A stretch of DNA of 20,000 nt from an uncultured virus (IMG/VR IMGVR_UViG_3300031993_000050) (IMGVR_UViG_3300031993_000050), one strand, 5' to 3'; numbered from the stretch's first letter, positions 7,493 through 15,063 are shown. Program-made: numbers and translations. The notes: generated from the letters alone by a model not told the origin.

Positions 7493-8073
7493 GGTAAATA
7501 CAACAAACCGCCGTTGAACTTTCCGATCACGTTATCTACATCTCCGGACACGGTAAACTCCACTGCCGGGACCATACCGTTCTTGAGCCAAAAGACCGTA
7601 TCGTATCTATAATTGCCCTTGGTAAAATACGATAATATTTTCATAAAGTAATCCAACTGTGACCACGGGTATTTCTTATCTACGTACTGAACGGAATCAT
7701 TTATTTTACATATGAGCAGATGTTCCCACCTTTCGGTTCCTCTTTCCGGTTGTTCTCTTAATACATGTATAGATGCTTTCTGTGTTTCCTCGTCACATAT
7801 AATAAACGGGTAATATAATCCAAACCTGCACCATTTTAGAACCTGGCATGCATCTGCACATCTAGCCTCGTCATACCCTGCTCTTCTAAGCAAGGCCGGT
7901 GAGAATGTTTCCGGTGGTATGGTCCAGACCGAATATCTTCCCGTATATGCTTTATAAAATGTTTCTACTGGTAAATAATCAAGGAAAGCATCCACACCTA
8001 TGTAGGGTAGGTTATAAACGCCTCTTTCATGTCCGTACACTCTTTTTTCTTTATTTCCCTCACAGGAATTCAT
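7489..8073 (-). CDS. Hypothetical protein
   Basis: 194-aa ORF with GAGG SD, overlapping the end of the upstream gene. Confidence 0.78.
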   Translation of the reverse strand: MNSCEGNKEKRVYGHERGVYNLPYIGVDAFLDYLPVETFYKAYTGRYSVWTIPPETFSPALLRRAGYDEARCADACQVLKWCRFGLYYPFIICDEETQKASIHVLREQPERGTERWEHLLICKINDSVQYVDKKYPWSQLDYFMKILSYFTKGNYRYDTVFWLKNGMVPAVEFTVSGDVDNVIGKFNGGLLYLP

Positions 8074-8734
8074 GCATATACCTCATATTATTTACTACAT
8101 AATTAAAAGCAATTACGGGGTTGATCTTACCTTCCGTTGTCTTTTCAGCCCAGTCTTCAAAGGTTATTTCCTTAACAGGCAGTATTCTAAGCAGTTTCTT
8201 AAAATGCTTTGCATCCATATACTGTCCCCTGCTTACTGCCGTACCTGTGTATCTAAATGCTTTTGTCTTAACATGCTCTACACTGGCAACATACGTAGGA
8301 CCATGCAATCGGTTGTCCTCGTAATGATACTCTGTCCTGTACTGGTCAAACCCAAAGGCATGAGCTGTATATACGTACTGCTGATTATCATTTAGACCGT
8401 TATCCCTTAATATATTTGGCAATAAATACCTACATCTTCTGGTTTTATAATCTACAAAAACGTATACTTTATCACTCAATATATGAAAGAACTTGTCTGC
8501 ATCAAGAATCCCCTGATTAACCAACTCACCAATTAAAGCACTGAGTAACCTTTCATCTTTAATAACATATAGCCACCCACGCTTATTATACTGATACTTA
8601 ATCCACCATCTAGGCGTATCACCTGGAAAACAATAAGCAGGAATAATACATCCACCCTGAAAGTAATTAAAGTACCCTGGATATATACGGTATTCATCAA
8701 ACTCTTGTGTATAATCACCAAGCCTTAGATACAT
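8060..8734 (-). CDS. Hypothetical Tyr-rich protein, probably leaderless
   Basis: 224-aa ORF, no SD, ATG 7 nt downstream of a -10 box. Confidence 0.78.
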   Translation of the reverse strand: MYLRLGDYTQEFDEYRIYPGYFNYFQGGCIIPAYCFPGDTPRWWIKYQYNKRGWLYVIKDERLLSALIGELVNQGILDADKFFHILSDKVYVFVDYKTRRCRYLLPNILRDNGLNDNQQYVYTAHAFGFDQYRTEYHYEDNRLHGPTYVASVEHVKTKAFRYTGTAVSRGQYMDAKHFKKLLRILPVKEITFEDWAEKTTEGKINPVIAFNYVVNNMRYMHEFL

Positions 8735-8740
8735 ACCATA

Positions 8741-8769
8741 ACTATATCATATATAGTTTCTAATGTAAA
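8741..8769 (-). promoter_or_regulatory. Sigma70-type extended -10 promoter
   Basis: Minus strand TTTACA (8769-8764), 17 bp, TG-a-TATAGT (8746-8741). Confidence 0.7.
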
Positions 8770-8784
8770 GTACCTTATGTCATA

Positions 8785-8881
8785 CCGGGTCAGGGGTCAG
8801 GACCGGGTCAGGGTAAGGTCAGGGGTCATATCGGTCCGGGTCAGGGGTCAGGACCGGGTCAGGGTAAGGTCAGGGGTCATA
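8785..8881 (+). repeat. Direct repeat, 2 x 46 bp (period 51), built from GGTCA units
   Basis: CCGGGTCAGGGGTCAGGACCGGGTCAGGGTAAGGTCAGGGGTCATA at 8785-8830 and 8836-8881 (identical); 5 GGTCA per copy. Confidence 0.95.
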
Positions 8882-9000
8882 CCAAAATCCCCTGGGAGAT
8901 CCAAAACCTGGAAAATTTGGGGCATTATTTTTAAGGCATGTGGCGACCCTTTCTGCTATTGGTCGCTAATACCCGTATTTTTAGCAATTAGCGAAAATTA

Positions 9001-9267
9001 GCGACATTTTTTTTAGTAATATACTTATTATTAGTATAGACGGCAAGAGAGAGAACAAAAGACATATAAGTATATGTTATGTATTTTGTTGCGTGTAAAA
9101 CTTGCGACATAAAAACAAGCAATATACTTATTTTAGTATAAGCAACGCAAGCAAGCACAAAGCAAGCAAGTAAATACTTGTATATATATAAGCAAGTAAA
9201 TACTTAAATGCTTATACACTTAAAAACTTGCGACACTTTTTTGCTTAATATACTTATTATTAGTATA
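9001..9267 (+). promoter_or_regulatory. Three copies of bipartite motif GCGACA-N11-AATATACTTATT(A)TTAGTATA (putative early promoters or initiator/operator sites)
   Basis: Copies at 9001-9038, 9104-9140 and 9230-9267, with a fixed 11-nt spacer of variable sequence and an internal palindrome TATACT-N6/7-AGTATA. The repeat is certain; the function is inferred. Confidence 0.7.
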
Positions 9268-9422
9268 AGCAAGCAAAGGCAAACGGACAGAGCAAAGCCA
9301 AGCAAACAGGCAGAGCCAAGCCAAGCAAGCCAAGCCAAGAGCAATAAGGCAAGGCAAGCAAGGCAAGGCACAACCTACAAAGCAAAGGCAGAGCGACAAC
9401 CGAAAAGCCAACGCCAAACAGG
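9267..9422 (+). repeat. Low-complexity T-depleted tract of AAGC/AAGCC/AAGGC units
   Basis: 156 nt with only 2 T (9345, 9376), followed abruptly by a G/T-rich stretch at 9421-9460. Confidence 0.9.
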
Positions 9423-9436
9423 TTTGTTTTCGTTTG

Positions 9437-9535
9437 GTTAGTGTGGTATGGTTCGGTATGGACAGGGGGGGGTGCTAGGACACCCCCCCCTCTACCGACC
9501 CCCCCACACCGACACCCCCCCTCAATGATAGGGGG
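9437..9535 (+). other. G/C-run stem-loop structure in the leader of the first rightward gene
   Basis: Perfect 11-bp stem A-G8-TG/CA-C8-T (9464-9491, loop CTAGGA), extended by TCGGTA/TACCGA and GTGTGG/CCACAC. A second hairpin CCCCCT/AGGGGG (9517-9535) abuts the SD AAGGAG. Confidence 0.7.
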
Positions 9536-9550
9536 AAGGAGTAAAGCACA

Positions 9551-10114
9551 ATGAAACTACAAGACTTAAAACTTGATAGCGTTGATGCTCAAATCGTTAA
9601 GGACTGGTTAGCAGTCCCAAACGGTCGTTTCGTAACATTTGAATATATCAAATGGGACAAGAGAGTTAAGGCAGGGTATGACCCCAAGACCAAACAGGGT
9701 GGTGCACATATCATATCTGTATATACAGGTATGAATAAGGGCGTTGCCTTTGAAAACTTCAAAAAGGTTCAAGCGTCTTTGGAAACCGTTGGGGACTTCA
9801 ATAACCCATCCCGTCAAAACGAGGTGGCTATTGATGATGTCCCGATGTTATTCTATAACACCAAGACCCAACAGCCGAAGTTTATGGCAGTAGGGGGGGT
9901 TATCCATAAGGTAGCCGAACAAACCCGTTATATGATACCGGACAACGGATTGTATAAACAGGTAAGTGAAACAGAATACAATGCCTATCTCAACGGACTG
10001 GGATTGTCTACCACTCCCAAAGTTCACGACAATAAAAGGGGTGTAATGGTCAATCAGTACATCCTTAAAAACATTGTCAAGTTTAATGGTATCGTCTATC
10101 GTATCATTAAATAA
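9551..10114 (+). CDS. Hypothetical phage protein, first gene of the rightward (putative early) arm
   Basis: 187-aa ORF with AAGGAG SD, followed by a terminator. Confidence 0.88.
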   Translation: MKLQDLKLDSVDAQIVKDWLAVPNGRFVTFEYIKWDKRVKAGYDPKTKQGGAHIISVYTGMNKGVAFENFKKVQASLETVGDFNNPSRQNEVAIDDVPMLFYNTKTQQPKFMAVGGVIHKVAEQTRYMIPDNGLYKQVSETEYNAYLNGLGLSTTPKVHDNKRGVMVNQYILKNIVKFNGIVYRIIK

Positions 10115-10120
10115 ACCCCG

Positions 10121-10148
10121 GGGGCCTAGCAATAGGCCCCTTTCTTTT
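10121..10148 (+). terminator. Intrinsic terminator
   Basis: GGGGCCTA-GCAA-TAGGCCCC (8-bp stem, GNRA loop) followed by TTTCTTTT. Confidence 0.88.
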
Positions 10149-10159
10149 AGGAGTTAATT

Positions 10160-10435
10160 ATGACTATCGAAATCGAAAGAGAAAATCAATACGGTGAAAA
10201 GACGGGTGCGACCGTTACAATTGAATACGATTTCAAGCCGGGTTATTTCTACGATAACCCCCGTAATGAAGCCGAGTACCTAGACCCCGGTTGTCCGGAT
10301 GTCGTAACGGTAACAGAGGCAAGCATTACCAAAGGCAAACGCACCCGTAAGTTGAAAGTTACCCAATCAATACTAGATATGGTATCAGATTGGTATGACC
10401 AGAACGAAGGTTATCGTCCGGTCGTCGAATACTAG
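10160..10435 (+). CDS. Hypothetical protein
   Basis: 91-aa ORF with AGGAG SD. Confidence 0.85.
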   Translation: MTIEIERENQYGEKTGATVTIEYDFKPGYFYDNPRNEAEYLDPGCPDVVTVTEASITKGKRTRKLKVTQSILDMVSDWYDQNEGYRPVVEY

Positions 10436-10445
10436 GGAGGTATCT

Positions 10446-10865
10446 ATGTATATCTTAACCGTTACCCGTGAAGGGTTTGAACACATTGAACAAAAGACCG
10501 GGTTTGATATGGCTATTCGTGCCTTTTCAACCAAGCAAGACCTGTTCAATGAAATAGAGAGCGAGGTGTTGAATAAACACTGTTCGGTCGCTTACTATAA
10601 ACAACACGCCGGCAAGGTTAATACCAACGGCGTATTTTCTGCAAAGCGTGGATGGTTGCGTATCTTTCGTTTAGACGGAAGTGTTAAGTATACGATTACC
10701 GCCCACGATATTGAGCCGGGATTTAATAGAGAAGTCCCGTTCAATGACCGTTTGATAGTCGTATGTTGGGAGTCTGGACTCCTTAACTACGATGTCGAAT
10801 GTGAGAAAATCCGAAAGGAAGAGCCTAAAAAGGAGGTTATCAATGACGTGGAAATCAAACAGTAA
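10446..10865 (+). CDS. Hypothetical protein (MYILTVTREG...)
   Basis: Start moved to ATG 10446 after a GGAGG SD. Confidence 0.8.
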   Translation: MYILTVTREGFEHIEQKTGFDMAIRAFSTKQDLFNEIESEVLNKHCSVAYYKQHAGKVNTNGVFSAKRGWLRIFRLDGSVKYTITAHDIEPGFNREVPFNDRLIVVCWESGLLNYDVECEKIRKEEPKKEVINDVEIKQ

Positions 10866-10953
10866 AGGCTTTAAGTTTATATCGTTCTTGGATAGCAAGG
10901 ACTTGGATGCTATGAAAGCAGCATCCCGACAACCACAACTATTTAAGGAGTAA
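10843..10953 (+). CDS. Small hypothetical protein, 36 aa
   Basis: Not in the track. MTWKSNSKGFKFISFLDSKDLDAMKAASRQPQLFKE; AGGAGG SD. Confidence 0.65.
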   Translation: MTWKSNSKGFKFISFLDSKDLDAMKAASRQPQLFKE

Positions 10954-10956
10954 GTT

Positions 10957-11070
10957 ATGGCAATATATCAGTTAGTCGTTGACACCCGTGGGGAAAATAC
11001 CGACGGGCTTTATTATGCACTGAAAGATTATGGCTTTCGGTTACTTAGTCAAAAGAAAATAAAGGAGTAA
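10957..11070 (+). CDS. Small hypothetical protein, 37 aa
   Basis: Not in the track. MAIYQLVVDTRGENTDGLYYALKDYGFRLLSQKKIKE; AAGGAG SD; fills the gap exactly. Confidence 0.7.
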   Translation: MAIYQLVVDTRGENTDGLYYALKDYGFRLLSQKKIKE

Positions 11071-11073
11071 ATT

Positions 11074-11454
11074 ATGAGTGAAAAGAAACCACAACCATTT
11101 GAAGAGTTGAACGCAAAGCACTGGGGCAGTGAGCAGTATTACAAAGACCCCCTTATGCAGTTCGTGTTTACCGAAGGCGTTAAGGACTTCATTGAAACCT
11201 ATAACGCCGGATGGCTTATCAATCGCTTGATGTTGGAAAAGAAAGTCCGTCAAGCCAAAGACCAAGTATACCCGTCCCTCGTAGTAGACAGTGAGCATAT
11301 GACCCATATGTTCTTTGATTGCGACCACGCAACACTCGGTAAAGATAAACCACTGTTCAGTATCAAAGACGAGTGTGCCTGTCTGCCCGAAGGTAAACTA
11401 AACTTTGAGTTCAGTCCGTGGGAACAGATACTTATCTTAATGTCGGAGCACTAA
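11074..11454 (+). CDS. DUF6876-like protein
   Basis: GSEQYY..FTEGVK..AGWLI and C-terminal ILILMSEH resemble the family pattern as I recall it (GTEqYY..TDGV..AyWLiD..LLPSEY). Confidence 0.65.
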   Translation: MSEKKPQPFEELNAKHWGSEQYYKDPLMQFVFTEGVKDFIETYNAGWLINRLMLEKKVRQAKDQVYPSLVVDSEHMTHMFFDCDHATLGKDKPLFSIKDECACLPEGKLNFEFSPWEQILILMSEH

Positions 11455-11455
11455 T

Positions 11456-11644
11456 ATGATAAGTAAATATCAGCCCGGTATGACCGTTAGGTATCTGACC
11501 AGTCCAGACCCGTCCTCACTCCGAACGAATGAGGGCGTAATCGAACGTGTGTTTGTGTGTGATAAGAACAGAGAGTACTTCATAAACTCACGTTGGCGTA
11601 GAGAACAAGACATCGTGAAGGTAATCAGCTATGGCAAAAACTAA
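11456..11644 (+). CDS. Small hypothetical protein (possible SH3/KOW-like beta barrel)
   Basis: 62 aa; KYQPGMTVRY..EGVIERV..EYFIN..EQDI; GGAG SD. Confidence 0.7.
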   Translation: MISKYQPGMTVRYLTSPDPSSLRTNEGVIERVFVCDKNREYFINSRWRREQDIVKVISYGKN

Positions 11645-11762
11645 GGAACATAAGTGTCCGTACTGTGAAACAGTAATGGAACGAAAGTGCTACATAAGCA
11701 CCGGCACCGGAGAAGTGGTATCCACTTTCTTTGAGTGTCCCAAATGTCGTGTAAGAATATAG
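11631..11762 (+). CDS. Small zinc-ribbon protein, 43 aa
   Basis: Not in the track. MAKTKEHKCPYCETVMERKCYISTGTGEVVSTFFECPKCRVRI; CPYC...CPKC; AAGGT SD. Confidence 0.75.
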   Translation: MAKTKEHKCPYCETVMERKCYISTGTGEVVSTFFECPKCRVRI

Positions 11763-11770
11763 GAGTAAAT

Positions 11771-12325
11771 ATGCAACCAGAGTTCATACAACTTAGAGAT
11801 ATGGAACACTGTATCAGTATGTTAACGCCTAAACAAATCAGAGAACTTAAAAAGTTCAAAGGGTTTGACGATATGCATGAGACAGACCATATCTTGGTAT
11901 ACGAATACAAAGACCAGTATTCTATATGTGAGGATTGCTGGAAAGATATTACTATTCCGGTTGCTACTATGTCTTTCCAAAGTGAAACAATATACTACTT
12001 TGAACAAACGTATATTGGAACAAAGAAAGATAAGCAGTGGTACATTACCGTTAAAGGTAGAACCGTACCAGTAGCAGATAAAACACCACACTACAAAAGT
12101 TGGAACGGAAAACGTATCTATGTAATCGGTGGTTTGTGTACCGGACATCTACATGCAACAAGGTTTTTCTCCCCACATTTACCCAAAAAGGGACTGCTTG
12201 CTCCCTATTGGGATTTTCACGTAATGGAATCTCTGTATTGTAAACACCATCGTGTACTTGATTGGGAATACCTAGCAACAGGTGGTGAATATGATTACAG
12301 AGGTCCAAAGAATAATAAGGAGTAA
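11771..12325 (+). CDS. Hypothetical protein (MQPEFIQLRD...)
   Basis: Start moved to ATG 11771 after an AGGAG SD. Confidence 0.8.
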   Translation: MQPEFIQLRDMEHCISMLTPKQIRELKKFKGFDDMHETDHILVYEYKDQYSICEDCWKDITIPVATMSFQSETIYYFEQTYIGTKKDKQWYITVKGRTVPVADKTPHYKSWNGKRIYVIGGLCTGHLHATRFFSPHLPKKGLLAPYWDFHVMESLYCKHHRVLDWEYLATGGEYDYRGPKNNKE

Positions 12326-12327
12326 AT

Positions 12328-12849
12328 ATGCACAACACTCATTTCTTTCTAACAAATGAGACAGACCCAAGTGATGCACTTGCACATGTGCAGTCATACT
12401 TGGAATCACGCCATGAGGAAGGCGGAGACGGAGCAATAGACGGTGCAGACTACTTCACAGTAGAAACTGCAATCAATCTATTGAACGGTCAAGCAGCCGC
12501 AGAAGGTGCTGACCTTGACCCAAAATTTCACACAACTTCCGGCGTACTTAACTTCTTTGCTGGTACATTCTTTAATAAAGAGAATATACAGAAACGCTTG
12601 GACGGATACATACAACAGATAAAGGATGGCTTGGAACAACAATGCTATTACCACTGTGAGTATGGTGGGAAGTGTGCTGAAATCCAAAAAGAAAAGATGG
12701 AAGTAGCAAACAAAGGACCAATCACATTGGAACGTATGGTGCACGATGCGTCTGTTGAGGCAGGTGCCTATAAGTTTACAGAGGTTGGTCTGACCCGTCT
12801 TGCAACGGGCGACTGTCCGTGTCTTGTCTTAGTTGACTTCCATTCATAG
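12328..12849 (+). CDS. Hypothetical phage protein (N-terminal MH, C-terminal LVDFHS)
   Basis: 173 aa with AAGGAG SD. Confidence 0.85.
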   Translation: MHNTHFFLTNETDPSDALAHVQSYLESRHEEGGDGAIDGADYFTVETAINLLNGQAAAEGADLDPKFHTTSGVLNFFAGTFFNKENIQKRLDGYIQQIKDGLEQQCYYHCEYGGKCAEIQKEKMEVANKGPITLERMVHDASVEAGAYKFTEVGLTRLATGDCPCLVLVDFHS

Positions 12850-12857
12850 GAGACAAT

Positions 12858-13403
12858 ATGGGATACCATATCATTAAAGGTTATTTCAAACCGGATGAGG
12901 ACCAGCAAACAATCAAAGATGAAATGATTGAATGGTCTGAGTGTATGTGTCGTGATTATATGCCCGTAGAGCACGGGACTTTCACTCCACTACTATTCAT
13001 AAACCCAGACGGTATGTGTGAAATACTTGACCCAAACCGTATGAATGACGAAATCAGACAGTTGTCAACAATTAAAGGTATCAACGAATACTTCAACAAA
13101 CAGTATGGACCAAAGCAAATCAAATACAGTATTAAGCGTATTGTTAATACGTTATCAAAGAAAAATATAACTGCTGACAATATACAGAAACTAAGTATGC
13201 ACTTTGCAAAGGTCAGAATGGGAATGGATAACTTGAATAAACCAATCAACGTAGTGACGGATAACTACAACGAATGGAACTTCCTTCAATATGGTGTGTT
13301 AAACATAGACGACGGAATAACCAACGGTAGTGAGGCGTATGATTCGAACGTTGACTGGAAACCAGAGAACCTATTCCTCTTAGTAGTTGCTGTTAATGCT
13401 TAA
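12858..13403 (+). CDS. Hypothetical protein, possible paralog of the preceding gene
   Basis: 181 aa with AGGAG SD. Confidence 0.85.
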   Translation: MGYHIIKGYFKPDEDQQTIKDEMIEWSECMCRDYMPVEHGTFTPLLFINPDGMCEILDPNRMNDEIRQLSTIKGINEYFNKQYGPKQIKYSIKRIVNTLSKKNITADNIQKLSMHFAKVRMGMDNLNKPINVVTDNYNEWNFLQYGVLNIDDGITNGSEAYDSNVDWKPENLFLLVVAVNA

Positions 13404-13415
13404 AGATGATATACT
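13387..13415 (+). promoter_or_regulatory. Sigma70-type extended -10 promoter
   Basis: TTGCTG (13387-13392), 17 bp, TG-a-TATACT (13410-13415), followed by a GGGAGG SD. Confidence 0.6.
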
Positions 13416-13431
13416 TTAATGGGAGGATACA

Positions 13432-13848
13432 ATGTTATTCAAAGGTGATTCACCACAATCAGTACTCAAAGAACTCTTGCGTGCACTAGGTCGTAACGAT
13501 TTAGTAGCAAAGGTTGGGGTCGTTCCTGATGCCGTCATTATAAACGAAATCAAAGACCTCTTACCAGACCGAGCACGTAAAGCAGCAGAGGCTATGATAG
13601 CCAAAGCAGAAAAGGTTAAACAATTAAAAGCGTTTGCAGAACGGATTAAAGACGAGTCCCCTGCAAAATTTCCTTCGCCCATAGTCGTCGAGGCTATGTT
13701 GCGAGGCATTCATCCTCAAACATTCAAAACTAACAAAGAGTTACCATTAGAGGAAAAGTTAAAACTACCTGAATGGGAACTCGTGTATAGTTTGGATTAC
13801 AAGGAGCATAAAGATGTTAAAGTTTCGACCAAAAGGAAACGCAGATAA
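13432..13848 (+). CDS. Hypothetical protein
   Basis: 138 aa with GGAGG SD. Confidence 0.85.
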   Translation: MLFKGDSPQSVLKELLRALGRNDLVAKVGVVPDAVIINEIKDLLPDRARKAAEAMIAKAEKVKQLKAFAERIKDESPAKFPSPIVVEAMLRGIHPQTFKTNKELPLEEKLKLPEWELVYSLDYKEHKDVKVSTKRKRR

Positions 13849-14218
13849 AGAATTTATCCACTTCCTCAAAACTCAACCGAGGTTCGTGGATGTCATAGGC
13901 AAGGCCGCCGATGTGGGCGGCCGTTTGTCTATGGAACTCGCAAATGTAGTGGCTACTCTAGCGTATGTTTCTAAAGTAAAAGGCACACTAAAAGAGAAAG
14001 TCAGTGCATACGAGGTAATCATACAGAGACTGTTGGATGTTGCAACCGACCTAAATGTGCACGGTAAATTCGTAACTGACCAAGTAATGTTATTAGTTGG
14101 CAGTGCAGACGAATTACTTGACGCTTACAAGGAAAGCGGAGCAGATAGTTTCCAAGAGTTTATCTGTGAACTAAAACCAAGTCATAAAGGAGACAAAAAC
14201 AATGACAGTAAAAAATAA
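13814..14218 (+). CDS. Hypothetical helical protein
   Basis: 134 aa with AAGGAG SD. Confidence 0.82.
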   Translation: MLKFRPKGNADKEFIHFLKTQPRFVDVIGKAADVGGRLSMELANVVATLAYVSKVKGTLKEKVSAYEVIIQRLLDVATDLNVHGKFVTDQVMLLVGSADELLDAYKESGADSFQEFICELKPSHKGDKNNDSKK

Positions 14219-14672
14219 AATTGCCGGTATTACCGGTGCAAAACCCAGTAACGGAAATAAAATCGCTTTTACCGCAGTTAGTAAAAGTGAACAAGGTATG
14301 ACCGACTTCGTGGAATACCTTAAGAGTGCGAACTGTATGTATAACAAATCCATTACCAACACAGGTAAGGAATTATACTACGAGGCAAACACTAAGAATC
14401 GTACGAAATGCTTGCTCTGTAAACGCATCACTGCAAAGGCAGAACAAAACGAAGTAACCTTGCCTATGTGGATTAAGGATTATGCAAATCAGTACGACAT
14501 TAACCAGTTGAACTGGGGTAAGAAAAAGGCGGCCATGAAAGCAGAACGTGCTGCTAAGCGTGCAGAGAAATCTGTGTATAAAACTACTAAGGTTAAAGCA
14601 AAACGCAAATGGTCGTTTACAGAACGTGTATATAGAGCATTCAGAATCTTAACCGGTGCCGCTGGTAAATAA
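14202..14672 (+). CDS. Hypothetical basic protein
   Basis: 156 aa with AAGGAG SD; Lys/Arg-rich C-terminus. Confidence 0.82.
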   Translation: MTVKNKIAGITGAKPSNGNKIAFTAVSKSEQGMTDFVEYLKSANCMYNKSITNTGKELYYEANTKNRTKCLLCKRITAKAEQNEVTLPMWIKDYANQYDINQLNWGKKKAAMKAERAAKRAEKSVYKTTKVKAKRKWSFTERVYRAFRILTGAAGK

Positions 14673-14682
14673 GGAGGTATTT

Positions 14683-15063
14683 ATGGCACTTGGATTCTTT
14701 GCTTCAAAGGACGAAAAGGCAGTAAAACGGGCTTTGGAGTTGACAAAGAAACGTATGGAACTTGATAAAGAACTAAACCAACTACGCCCACTCGTTCAGC
14801 AATGCTTGGAAAAGAAACATGCAACGCAGATAGAAGTGGACGGACTTGGCTCAGTAGTATTAAAGTTCAATACTCGTAAAGTACTAGACACAGAAAAACT
14901 AGTTTCTTTGCTCAAACAAAACTCGGAGTTGTTACATAAGTTCGTGTCTACTTTATCCACGGTCAAGCACGGTGCATTAGAAAAGTATCTAGGCACTCCT
15001 GCTTATACTGGATTAGTAACAGATACTGAAACAACTGAATCGGTAGTATTCATTGTTGATTAA
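14683..15063 (+). CDS. Hypothetical phage protein with N-terminal coiled coil
   Basis: ATG at 14683 after an AAGGAGG SD; heptad segment ALELTKKRMELDKELNQL followed by beta strands. Confidence 0.8.
   Translation: MALGFFASKDEKAVKRALELTKKRMELDKELNQLRPLVQQCLEKKHATQIEVDGLGSVVLKFNTRKVLDTEKLVSLLKQNSELLHKFVSTLSTVKHGALEKYLGTPAYTGLVTDTETTESVVFIVD

Noticed and set aside
8777..9001. 74-aa ORF with RVRGQDRVRVRSGVI repeats
   Set aside because: A by-product of the DNA repeat with a 51-bp period; no SD.
9001..9267. CRISPR mini-array
   Set aside because: Repeats are bipartite with variable interiors, the intervals are long, unequal and low-complexity, and no cas genes are in the window.
9208..9441. ORFs on both strands over the AAGC tract
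   Set aside because: Stops are absent because the tract lacks T on the plus strand (A on the minus strand); low-complexity translation and no SD.
9464..9491. Intrinsic terminator at the G8/C8 hairpin
   Set aside because: No U-tract on either strand; kept as a structural element instead.
14683..15063. Mu Gam-like nuclease inhibitor call
   Set aside because: Only a generic coiled-coil plus beta-hairpin resemblance; no diagnostic motif.
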